Position numbers and translations under genes: made by a program. A DNA stretch of 64,000 nt from contig CAKOXL010000001.1 in the NCBI GenBank assembly GCA_934130105.1, positions 3,431 to 67,430 of the forward strand, given 5' to 3'. The stretch is from an uncultured Bacilli bacterium. Lineage in GTDB: Bacteria > Bacillota_I > Bacilli_A > RF39 > UBA660. Below the pieces are notes generated by a model. The model was not told the origin of the DNA and ran no database searches. It saw only the letters and a list, made by a program, of their open reading frames with translations. Position 1 is the first letter of the stretch. Every line of letters starts with the position of its first letter. Shown here piece by piece: positions 30,877 to 40,307 of the stretch.

Positions 30877-31681
30877 TAATAGTGATGCCATTCTAATTGG
30901 TGCTGGAGCTGGACTATCTTCATCAGCTGGAATAGACTATTCAGAAGAAAGCTTTAAAAAGAACTTTAAAGAATTAGTAGATGCTTACGGTATGACAGAT
31001 ATGTACTCATCTAGTTTTTATAAGTTTAAAACAGAAGAAGAAAGGTGGAGTTATTGGGCAAAACACATTAATTATTCTTTCATATCTAGAAAACCATTAA
31101 AAGCTTACCTTGACTTATTCAAAATAGTGGAAACCAAAAATTATTTTGTCATTACGACAAATGTAGATGGACAGTTTTTAAAATCAGGGTTTGCTAAGGA
31201 AAAAGTATTTGAAGTCCAAGGAAGTTATAGTAAAATACAGTGCTCTATTCCATGTCATAACAAATTATATGATGATACAAAGTTAGTAAAACAAATGTTA
31301 TTATCAAAAGATAACTTAAAAGTAGACACTAATTTAGTTCCATATTGTCCAATATGTCATGAAAAAATGGAAATTAATATCAGGAAAGATGATTCCTTTG
31401 TAGAAGATAGTAACTGGCATCAACTAAATAATGCCTATGAAAACTTTATAAATAGTAATATTGGTAAGAAATTAGTATTAATAGAATTAGGAGTAGGCTT
31501 TAATACACCAGGTATCATAAGATTTCCCTTTGAAAGACTAGCTTACGAATATGAAAATATTACTTTAATAAGAGTAAATGATAGATATACCGATGTAAAC
31601 TATGGACTTGAAGATAATATAAATGTTATTACTATGAAAGAAGACTGTGCTACTTTTATTCAAAATATTTTAAAGTATTGA
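30836..31681 (+). CDS. macrodomain-linked sirtuin (SirTM-class Sir2-family protein)
   Basis: Rossmann GAGAGLSSSAGIDY, TTNVDGQ, Zn ribbon CSIPCH...CPICH. Overlaps and is co-directional with the macro-domain gene. Gln occupies the position of the canonical catalytic His (EVQGS). Confidence 0.65.
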   Translation: MNTKNYLKIKKLIDNSDAILIGAGAGLSSSAGIDYSEESFKKNFKELVDAYGMTDMYSSSFYKFKTEEERWSYWAKHINYSFISRKPLKAYLDLFKIVETKNYFVITTNVDGQFLKSGFAKEKVFEVQGSYSKIQCSIPCHNKLYDDTKLVKQMLLSKDNLKVDTNLVPYCPICHEKMEINIRKDDSFVEDSNWHQLNNAYENFINSNIGKKLVLIELGVGFNTPGIIRFPFERLAYEYENITLIRVNDRYTDVNYGLEDNINVITMKEDCATFIQNILKY

Positions 31682-31926
31682 CAGGATAAACACATGAATT
31701 TTAAAACTTATGTATTTATCTCAGATAATAAAAATATTTATATTGATTATTAAAAATAAATGAAGTAATTTATGAAGTTTGTTTTTAAGCCAAATAATAA
31801 AGAATATTTTAAAAAAATAATAGTTGTTAAAATTCTATTTGATTAATGAAATTTTTTTGAAACTCAAGCTCTATTTCCTGTTAAAAAAATTCAATTATTA
31901 TAAAATTAATATGGAAGGAGAGAATC

Positions 31927-32610
31927 ATGAATCAACAAAAAATAGGAAAATTTATTTTCAAATTAAGAAAAGAAAAAGGTTTAACACAAGCAGAATTAGC
32001 AGAAAAATTAGGTGTAACTGATCGTTCGGTATCAAATTGGGAAAATGGTAAGTGCATGCCTGATTTATCATTATTTATTCCAATATCTAAAGAATTTGGT
32101 ATTACTATAAATGACTTAATGAGTGGGGAAATTATTGATAAGAAAAATTATCAAGAAAAAATGGAATATAACTTTTTTAATACTTTTATTACATTGAAAA
32201 AAGAAATAAATAAACATTTAAAAAAAATAGTGATAATAGACATAGCCTTATTGCTTGGCATTGCTTTTGGTATTGTTTCATTTTTATTAATTAATGAATA
32301 TAAACAAAAACCAATATATTTAAATTATAATAAGATTGACTTTAAAATATGTGATTATAATGATGAGTATTATAAAGTTAATATAAAAACTAATTTTGAT
32401 GATTTAGGAATTCATATTAATCAACTAAAAGATTATGCTAATAAAACATTAACCATAAAAGCATACAGAACTAAAGAGGAAAATAAGAATAAAGATTTAT
32501 TAAATGACTATGGTTTTAATAATCAATTACTGGAAAAAAGCATTAAAAAGATATATTATGGTTCTAGATTAATTTGGACAAATTCCTCAAAAATTGATAA
32601 ATGTAAGTAA
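31927..32610 (+). CDS. XRE-family HTH regulator with TM segment and extracytoplasmic C-terminal domain
   Basis: LTQAELAEKLGVTDRSVSNWENG HTH, then a TM helix. Its last ~150 bp are duplicated at 35622..35769. Confidence 0.55.
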   Translation: MNQQKIGKFIFKLRKEKGLTQAELAEKLGVTDRSVSNWENGKCMPDLSLFIPISKEFGITINDLMSGEIIDKKNYQEKMEYNFFNTFITLKKEINKHLKKIVIIDIALLLGIAFGIVSFLLINEYKQKPIYLNYNKIDFKICDYNDEYYKVNIKTNFDDLGIHINQLKDYANKTLTIKAYRTKEENKNKDLLNDYGFNNQLLEKSIKKIYYGSRLIWTNSSKIDKCK

Positions 32611-32822
32611 TTATAAAACTGAAATAATATTTTTATTGATGATACCTTATGGTATCTTTTTTCTATCTAAATTTGATATGATAAACATCTACTTTTTAAC
32701 TAAAGAAATTTGTGATTTATTTTGTAGGTTGATATCTAATTAATAAAAAAACAAGTATTAAAACTTGTTAATAATTATTAATAGCATTTGCACCTTTTTT
32801 ATTTCAATAGTAAGCAACAATA

Positions 32823-33545
32823 TTAATTAATATTTTTATTTCTATAATTTTGTAATTCAACATTTATTATATTGATATATACTTCATCTTGTTTATCACT
32901 ACTTATTTTACTTACTAAGTTAACCAGTGATAAAAATCTTTCATTATTATGTAATGATTCATAATAATTATTTAACTGTTCCAATGATGCTTTATAGACT
33001 AATAGCGATGTTCCTGCTATTAATTCTGATACCATACCTCCAATAGCAGGAATTGATGTTACTAATAATGATATCTTGAAAATTACAGATAAAATAATAG
33101 AAGTTAGTATCAATAAAAAGCCTAATATACACATAGAAACTGCTAATGAAAAGGCTTTTTTTGATTGCATTTTGCTTATAACATAATAGTCCCTTATCTC
33201 TTTCATGTTCTCTAACATTAATTCTAATATATCAGTATTTTTTTCATCATTTTTATTTTTAATGACTAATGAAGAATTAATAATTTTATTTCGCAAATCG
33301 TCAACATATTTTTCACCGTCAAAATCATCTTCCTCAAAAAAAATATTTAATACTTTCTCATAAGCACTTGGATTAACTTTTCTTAACACTAATAATATAA
33401 TAAATAGTAAAACCAATAAGCCTAAAAGTATAACTGAAATCAAGAATAGTTCATTACTATTAAAAATACTATAATCAAAAATAGATACAATTATGGTAGT
33501 AATTATACCAAGTATTAGATATAAACAAATTTTTTCAACTTTCAT
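32823..33545 (-). CDS. hypothetical multi-pass membrane protein
   Basis: 240 aa with four hydrophobic helices. Confidence 0.4.
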   Translation of the reverse strand: MKVEKICLYLILGIITTIIVSIFDYSIFNSNELFLISVILLGLLVLLFIILLVLRKVNPSAYEKVLNIFFEEDDFDGEKYVDDLRNKIINSSLVIKNKNDEKNTDILELMLENMKEIRDYYVISKMQSKKAFSLAVSMCILGFLLILTSIILSVIFKISLLVTSIPAIGGMVSELIAGTSLLVYKASLEQLNNYYESLHNNERFLSLVNLVSKISSDKQDEVYINIINVELQNYRNKNIN

Positions 33546-33573
33546 TTTTTACCTCCACCAATAACATTTATTA

Positions 33574-35433
33574 TTATGTTAATATCCAAATGCCTAAAAT
33601 AAAAATCAATAAGCATACTATACCTACTATAACCGATAAAATCACATTACTAGCAAACCCATTAATTGATGCATTATAAGATTGATGCTTCTCGTTTTCT
33701 TGTTTTTCTAACATGTGTTTTGAATAAATAGTAGGTTCAGTTTGCTGTACAATGTTAGAAACTTCTATTGTGTATTGATGGCTAATATTAGTAATACTTA
33801 GAACATTATTATTTTCAGAGAATGCTTGATAACCATTATTTACTTCTTTTAACTCGTCAAGATCAAAATGCTTTTTTACCTCAGAATTGATAATAGGACT
33901 ACATTGTGCATAATCTACTATTAATGGATTTAGAATATGCTCACGAAAATCATCATCATAAGCAAATACTTTCTTTGAAATAATGCTTACTTCAGTTTTA
34001 TTTACTTTTTCTACTATGTGTTCACACATAGGGTTTTTATTATTTATTACTCTAAAATGTGAATAAATCATCTCACCATAATCTTTTTCTTCTAAATAAA
34101 CTTTTTTCAAAAATTCTCTATATTCTTCAAAATCTTGTTCACATTGATCAAAAATATCTTGTTGCTTAGTAACATTTTCTGTTTGTTCCTTTTCTTTTTT
34201 TTGCTCATTAATACCATCATTTATTTTGCTATCTAGTTTAGGTATATATGTATCTTTTAGTAACTGGAATTTTTCAATATTTTCAATCAAACCAACATAG
34301 TTATTTGGATTTATACCCACTTGTTTTAAAAGTGATGGTGTTACTAGCATATTTTCATATATATTAAATGCATTTTTTAATTTTTCTATATCAAAGTTAG
34401 TACTACTTATTTCATGCTTACATTTTTCATTAAAACAATCTAATAAAGTAGATTGAATCTCACTTAACGCATTGGTTTGAAAATTATCATAATGTTGGTG
34501 TGCTAAATAATTACATTCTATTAGGGAAAATAAATAAGAAGCCTCATTATTACTTATTCCAAATTGTGTTAATTGTTGTTTTATGCTATCAATACCTGTT
34601 GCTTTAAAATAGGAACGTATCATTTCTTCATTTCCAATTATACAAATTAACTGATTAACTAGGTATGCTTCCATGTAATAGCCAGAATCCATTTCACGTG
34701 TATCAGTAATTCCACACTTCGCTATTACCTCCGTCATTCCTTCATTGAGTCCTGTATGCCTATCATTAGTAGAATCAAAACCACTATGCAATATTCCTGT
34801 TTCTGGGTCAAAATTGCTAGAAGCCATATGTGACATTTCGTGAAGTAGAGTACATAAGTACTCCTTTGCAAAATATTCCTGTGGGTTATCATGATTTTGA
34901 GCTTCTTTATATTCTAAAGAAATAAAACTATCATTTATGGTAATAGCATTAGTATCAGCACTATAATATGCTACTGTATGTACTGTACGATCCTGTTGCG
35001 GTTCATCGACTGGCAAATTATGAATGGCATCTAAGTTTTGATTAACCTTTAATGTTTGCAAATTTCTATAAAAATTTTCACGACAATCTTCTGGAATAAT
35101 CTGTTCTAACCATTTTAAGAGTCCGATAATATTTAAATCTAAATCTAAATCTAAATTATCGTTACTCAAAATAACTTGACTTAGTCTCAGACTTTTACAA
35201 ATTGGTCTGTTATCATATGTAAATAATTTGTCTATAATTTTTTGATCTTCTTCGTTTAACGGTAAAAGCTGATTTTTCTCTTCTTTTAATATTTCTATTT
35301 TTTCATTTTTACAAACAAAAACAAATTTAACTCCACTAATTATAAAATAACATTTTTTCATAAAAACACCTGCTAACATTTTAAAATAAAAGTTATAATT
35401 CACAACTATATTGTTTATCAATGATTGAATCAA
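33574..35433 (-). CDS. putative membrane-anchored zinc metalloprotease (HEXXH)
   Basis: LLHEMSHMAS HExxH motif; C-terminal TM anchor ILSVIVGIVCLLIFILGIWIL. Confidence 0.5.
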   Translation of the reverse strand: MIQSLINNIVVNYNFYFKMLAGVFMKKCYFIISGVKFVFVCKNEKIEILKEEKNQLLPLNEEDQKIIDKLFTYDNRPICKSLRLSQVILSNDNLDLDLDLNIIGLLKWLEQIIPEDCRENFYRNLQTLKVNQNLDAIHNLPVDEPQQDRTVHTVAYYSADTNAITINDSFISLEYKEAQNHDNPQEYFAKEYLCTLLHEMSHMASSNFDPETGILHSGFDSTNDRHTGLNEGMTEVIAKCGITDTREMDSGYYMEAYLVNQLICIIGNEEMIRSYFKATGIDSIKQQLTQFGISNNEASYLFSLIECNYLAHQHYDNFQTNALSEIQSTLLDCFNEKCKHEISSTNFDIEKLKNAFNIYENMLVTPSLLKQVGINPNNYVGLIENIEKFQLLKDTYIPKLDSKINDGINEQKKEKEQTENVTKQQDIFDQCEQDFEEYREFLKKVYLEEKDYGEMIYSHFRVINNKNPMCEHIVEKVNKTEVSIISKKVFAYDDDFREHILNPLIVDYAQCSPIINSEVKKHFDLDELKEVNNGYQAFSENNNVLSITNISHQYTIEVSNIVQQTEPTIYSKHMLEKQENEKHQSYNASINGFASNVILSVIVGIVCLLIFILGIWILT

Positions 35434-35621
35434 ACTTTCAGTACTATATCATCATAAATTTATCTTACCATAAATTTTTATATTGTGCATAGTTTTGTAT
35501 TTAATTTTCATATAAACAAAATAATAAATAACACAGTAAGAGTAAAATAATCTCAAACAATGATTGCATAGATTATTGTTGCTTAATTTAAAACATATAT
35601 TGATAATATTTATAAATACAA

Positions 35622-35769
35622 ATACAGAACTAAAGAGGAAAATAAGAATAAAGATTTATTAAATGATTATGGTTATAATAATCAATTACTGGAAAAAAGC
35701 ATTGAAAAGATATATTATGATTCTAAGATAATTTGGAATAATTCAATAAAAGTTCCTAAATGTGAATAA
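35622..35769 (+). pseudogene. orphan 3' gene fragment, ~88% identical to the last 49 codons of the gene at 31927..32610
   Basis: Direct nucleotide alignment of 32463..32610 with 35622..35769 (YRTKEENKNKDLLNDYG(F/Y)NNQLLEKSI(K/E)KIYY...). No start codon or N-terminal part. Confidence 0.55.
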
Positions 35770-35849
35770 ATATATTTATTTATTTATATCTCTAAAGATA
35801 CTACTTACTTGGTATCCTTTTATATTTTAAATATATTATAATATAAAAA

Positions 35850-36425
35850 ATGAAACTTTTTAAAAATAATAACGACTTGGATATTGAGGTGAATAAAATG
35901 ACTAGTTTAAAAGCCTTAAACATATTTGATGAATATTATTATGAAACATATAATGATATTTCTAAGTATGTAGTATGTAACTGCAATAATATTGAAGATG
36001 TAAAAGATATTATCCAAAGTATTTATTTAGAGGTTTATAAAAAAGTATTAAAAGAATCACAAGTCAATAACTATCACGTCTATATTATGGGAATAGCTAA
36101 ACATAAGGTAAAAGATTATTACCGCTTTAAATACAAAACTAAAATAACTAATTTGTTTAATAATGATGGCAAAAATATAATTGATAGCATTTCTAGTAAC
36201 ATTAATATTGAAGAAAGTTTATTAGAAAAAGAAAATATAGAAAAAATATGGAAATATTTAAAAAGGAAAAAGGTAATTATATCTAAGATATTTTATCTAT
36301 ATTACTACACAGGATATTCTATAAAAGAAATCTCAAAAGAATTAGAAATATCAGAATCAAATATTAAAAATTATCTATACCGTACATTGAAAGAACTTAA
36401 ATTATTTTTAGAGGAGAATGATTGA
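35850..36425 (+). CDS. sigma-70 family (ECF-like) RNA polymerase sigma factor
   Basis: Region-4 HTH YTGYSIKEISKELEISESNIKNYLYRTLKELK; followed by a membrane protein (anti-sigma-like). Confidence 0.6.
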   Translation: MKLFKNNNDLDIEVNKMTSLKALNIFDEYYYETYNDISKYVVCNCNNIEDVKDIIQSIYLEVYKKVLKESQVNNYHVYIMGIAKHKVKDYYRFKYKTKITNLFNNDGKNIIDSISSNINIEESLLEKENIEKIWKYLKRKKVIISKIFYLYYYTGYSIKEISKELEISESNIKNYLYRTLKELKLFLEEND

Positions 36426-37142
36426 ATGTCAAATAAAAAAGTAATCAGGGAAGCATTTGATAGAGAGTTTGGTGCTAATATAGTTCATAGTGAAATAGTA
36501 TCTAAAATAAAAAGAAAAGAAAATCATCAAATTATGAAATTGATATTAACTTTAACTAGCACTGTTTTGATATCTGCATTATTAGTAATACTATTATTAG
36601 GCAATAATAGTATTTCACAAAAATATAATGAAACTAAAGTATATGATGTTATTAAAATAAATAAACTTAACTCAGATGATGCAAAAATTAGTTTAAATGA
36701 TGTTGATGGAAGAATGGATGATAAAAATAGTGAGGAGATATTATTAAAATATCCATTTATAAATCAATTAAAAATACCTAAAGATATGCTTCAAAATGTA
36801 AAAATATCAGAAGTTTATGCAAGCAACAATAAAGCTAGTTATTTATATAATGAATTAATAGGTTATTATACTAGCTATTTAAAAGAAGATGATACAGATC
36901 AACAAAATAATAGATTAGTAAATATTTTCTTTTCTAAAACAAATAAAAAGATGGCTAGATGTTTTCCTATAAATGAAGAAAATTTAGAAAAGTCATCTAT
37001 TAATAATAATGAAATAATAATTATTGATGAAAATTATGGATATATAGTACTGTTTAAATATAACGATATTTATTTCGATATTGAAGTAAAAAATATAAAC
37101 ATTGATGAACTATTAGACATAGTAAAATCAATCATGCTATAA
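36426..37142 (+). CDS. putative anti-sigma factor (single-pass membrane protein)
   Basis: ATGA overlap with the sigma gene; TM helix at aa ~38-58. Confidence 0.4.
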   Translation: MSNKKVIREAFDREFGANIVHSEIVSKIKRKENHQIMKLILTLTSTVLISALLVILLLGNNSISQKYNETKVYDVIKINKLNSDDAKISLNDVDGRMDDKNSEEILLKYPFINQLKIPKDMLQNVKISEVYASNNKASYLYNELIGYYTSYLKEDDTDQQNNRLVNIFFSKTNKKMARCFPINEENLEKSSINNNEIIIIDENYGYIVLFKYNDIYFDIEVKNINIDELLDIVKSIML

Positions 37143-37185
37143 TTTAATTATGATAAAACTATATATTTATTAGAAAGGAAATATC

Positions 37186-37884
37186 ATGAAAAAGAATAAA
37201 AAAATAACTATTATATTTATAATATTCATTATAGTAATTTTATTTATCCCTAAAAAAACTATGCTTTGGGACGGTAGAACAGTTAAGTATAAATCTTTAA
37301 TCTATGAAATCACAAAATATCATAGATTAGATAATAATTATAAAAGTGGTTATAATAATGGTTTAAAAATAAAATTATTTGGTATTACTGTCTATAATAA
37401 TTTTAAAGAAAGTACTAATGAAGAAATAAATGGTGAAAGCCTAAATACTTTTTATAATGATTCATTAACTAAAAATTATACCAACATAGAAAAATTACGT
37501 AGTGATTATGAAGTTGAACAGGCAATAAAAGATAATGCTGTAGTAGTTACTAACACAATCGCTAACTCTGAATTACTAAATGATTTCATAACAAGTATAA
37601 ATACTAAAAGAAGAGCTTTTCTAAGGTTGGTACAAACAACAGTAGAAGGTGATTTAATTATTACAGATATTAAATACGAAATAGATAAGGTAATAGTTAT
37701 TACAGATAATACAAGAGATAAATTTTCAAGTGAAGAAAATAGAAAAATAACTTTGGAAACATATAAAAATATCGAAGAAGTATTGGATTTAGATAAGGAT
37801 CCTGTCATTAGTAGTTTAATAGTATATAATGATAATAAAGAAGATAGTAGAGTATTATTAACCAGAAATAGAGTGATAAATTAG
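37186..37884 (+). CDS. hypothetical membrane-anchored protein
   Basis: N-terminal TM; 232 aa. Confidence 0.4.
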   Translation: MKKNKKITIIFIIFIIVILFIPKKTMLWDGRTVKYKSLIYEITKYHRLDNNYKSGYNNGLKIKLFGITVYNNFKESTNEEINGESLNTFYNDSLTKNYTNIEKLRSDYEVEQAIKDNAVVVTNTIANSELLNDFITSINTKRRAFLRLVQTTVEGDLIITDIKYEIDKVIVITDNTRDKFSSEENRKITLETYKNIEEVLDLDKDPVISSLIVYNDNKEDSRVLLTRNRVIN

Positions 37885-37990
37885 TAAGAAAACCAAGAAT
37901 GAATCATGTCAATTTATAAATACAAATGTATATTGTATATTTTAGTCTTTTGCATTATAATATAGCGCATATTGAAAGGGGAAAAATAAA

Positions 37991-38749
37991 ATGTTGATAA
38001 AAAGAAATGAGTCTCTTGCACAAGAATTTATTTCTAAATATGGTAATTATGGAATCGAAAGCCGTGAAGAAATAAAATCTTATATTGCCGCACTACAAAA
38101 ATATGGTAAAGAGTGCGCAGCAAAAGGGATTATTCCATCATTAGAAGAATTTGAAGAAATATATCCTAACAATCCTTTCGATTTTACAAAAAGATTAAAT
38201 GATCCACTAGAAAATGAGATCATTGAAGCACTAAATGGATATACACAAGAAATGTTACTTTTAATAAGAGAACTTTCATCTAATCCCAATCTTAATCGCT
38301 TAATTGATAATCAAATTACTAAAAATAATAATAGCATATTAATACTAACCGATTATATGAAGTCTGGTTTGATTTTTAAAATATTAAACGAAATGAATGA
38401 ACCTGAAAAATCAAGATTATTACAATTAAGAGAAAGTGAAGAAGATATTAAAAAAATAGAAAAATTACCTTCTGAATTAAGAACGTTGATAATGAAAAGT
38501 TTTTATGATGATCTATCGACTGATAAAGATTATTTTTGCATAGAACATGGCTTAAATAGTGAAGAAGAGTTTTTAGTTTATTTAAAGGCTACTCAAAATC
38601 AACAAATACTAGAATTGGCTGCTGATATCAGACAAGATGTATCTGATGACCAAACAGGTTTTTTTACGTTGGTAGCAGATGCTGTTGATGAGATGGCCCA
38701 TAAAGCACTATATAAAAGCATTTTTATTATTCCACCAGATAAAGATTAA
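37991..38749 (+). CDS. hypothetical protein
   Basis: 252-aa ORF with RBS aaaggggaaaa. Confidence 0.4.
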   Translation: MLIKRNESLAQEFISKYGNYGIESREEIKSYIAALQKYGKECAAKGIIPSLEEFEEIYPNNPFDFTKRLNDPLENEIIEALNGYTQEMLLLIRELSSNPNLNRLIDNQITKNNNSILILTDYMKSGLIFKILNEMNEPEKSRLLQLRESEEDIKKIEKLPSELRTLIMKSFYDDLSTDKDYFCIEHGLNSEEEFLVYLKATQNQQILELAADIRQDVSDDQTGFFTLVADAVDEMAHKALYKSIFIIPPDKD

Positions 38750-38928
38750 AAAGAAAAATAATCACGATTTTAAATACATAGATTTGGTAATTTTATATAA
38801 TTGGTAATAAAAACATAAAAGAGGTATCTAGCTTACTTAGTTAGGTGCTTTTTTTCACCAAAAATTCACACTAATTCCATATTTATTTCAATATACTAAA
38901 CTAGAATGTTTAGTGAAAGGAGAAAAAT

Positions 38929-39633
38929 ATGTATGAAAATATTTTTAAAAGAGTAGAACAGAAATATCTTTTAACAGAACAACAGTACAAATTACTCTTT
39001 AAAAAAATAAACAAATATCTAAAAGAAGATAAATACTTTAAAAGTACTATCTGTAATATATACTTTGATACTATTAATAACGATTTAATCATTAACTCAC
39101 TAGAAAAACCAATATTTAAAGAAAAAATACGCCTTAGGAGTTATCAAGTACCAAGTATTAATGATGATGTTTTCCTAGAAATAAAAGAAAAATATAAAGG
39201 AGTAGTAGGTAAAAGAAGAATAAAACTTAAACTAAAAGACTTTTATAATTATTTAAAAACCAATAACTATGACAGAAATAGTCAAATCATGAATGAAATA
39301 AACTATTATTTTAAATATTATAACTTAAAACCAGCTATTTATATTGCTTATGATCGCATGAGCTATTGTGGAAAAGAAGATAAAAATCTAAGAATTACTT
39401 TTGATACTAATCTAAGAAGTAGAAATAGTGATTTAAAACTAGAATTAGGAGATGCTGGTAAATGTTATTTTAAAGATAAAAAATACATAATGGAAATAAA
39501 AACATTAGGCGCTATGCCATTATGGCTAGTAAGAAGTCTTTCTGAATTAAAAATTTATCCAACTTCATTTTCAAAATATGGAAGTATCTATCAGAAAGAG
39601 TTAAAAGAAAGGAATGATTATATATATGCTTAA
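38929..39633 (+). CDS. VTC-domain (polyphosphate polymerase-like, CYTH-fold) protein
   Basis: VEQKYLLTEQQYKLL...IRLRSYQ...GKRRIKLK pattern typical of VTC/CYTH domains. Confidence 0.55.
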   Translation: MYENIFKRVEQKYLLTEQQYKLLFKKINKYLKEDKYFKSTICNIYFDTINNDLIINSLEKPIFKEKIRLRSYQVPSINDDVFLEIKEKYKGVVGKRRIKLKLKDFYNYLKTNNYDRNSQIMNEINYYFKYYNLKPAIYIAYDRMSYCGKEDKNLRITFDTNLRSRNSDLKLELGDAGKCYFKDKKYIMEIKTLGAMPLWLVRSLSELKIYPTSFSKYGSIYQKELKERNDYIYA

Positions 39634-40297
39634 TAGCATTTTTTCAAATTCAACTTCATCAATAGAAATTCAATCAATTTTATTATGTTCACTAACATCT
39701 ATAATTTTAGGTTTAATTATTGCTTTAACACATAAACAAACTTCAAAATATAATAAAAACTTTTTAGTAACAGTAACGACTTTACCACTATTAGTACAAA
39801 CAATTATCATAATGGTCAATGGTAATTTAGGAACATCGGTAGCTATTATGGGAGCTTTTAGTTTAGTAAGATTTAGAAGCTTACCAGGAACAAGTAAAGA
39901 GATACTAAGCGTTTTCTTTGCTATGACAGTAGGACTTGCAACAGGTATGGGACACTTACTTTTTGCCTTAATAATAACTATAATAGGTTGCTTAACACTA
40001 TTTGTATTATCTAAAACAAAATTATTTGATACACCAAAACAAGAAAAAATTCTAAAAATCACAATACCAGAGAATTTAGATTATACAGAAGTATTTGATG
40101 ATATTTTTGAAAACTACACACAAAAAGTAGAATTAGAACAAGTAAAAACAACCAATATGGGAAGTATGTTTGATTTAAGTTATCGTATCATTTTAAATGA
40201 AAATGTAAATGAAAAACAATTTCTAGATGATTTAAGAGTAAAAAATGGTAATTTAAAAGTAATGATTTCACATCCATTAGAAGATAATAATTTATAA
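39614..40297 (+). CDS. DUF4956-type membrane protein (partner of VTC-domain proteins)
   Basis: 3-4 TM N-terminus and a soluble C-terminal domain; translationally coupled to the VTC gene. Confidence 0.5.
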   Translation: MIIYMLNSIFSNSTSSIEIQSILLCSLTSIILGLIIALTHKQTSKYNKNFLVTVTTLPLLVQTIIIMVNGNLGTSVAIMGAFSLVRFRSLPGTSKEILSVFFAMTVGLATGMGHLLFALIITIIGCLTLFVLSKTKLFDTPKQEKILKITIPENLDYTEVFDDIFENYTQKVELEQVKTTNMGSMFDLSYRIILNENVNEKQFLDDLRVKNGNLKVMISHPLEDNNL

Positions 40298-40307
40298 AGA
40301 GGACTAT

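Noticed and set aside
31824-32021. 65-aa ORF overlapping the start of the XRE gene
   Set aside because: No RBS; it overlaps the promoter/5' end of a better-supported gene and has a Lys/Arg-rich low-complexity translation.
39670-40062. Antisense ORFs listed in the track (e.g. 39670..40062, 3282..3773, 704..895, 1006..1329, 12233..12457, 14797..16068 minus-strand set, 22523..22858, 37506..37808, 48802..49062)
   Set aside because: Shadow ORFs fully inside well-supported genes on the opposite strand. They have AT-rich, low-complexity translations and no RBS.
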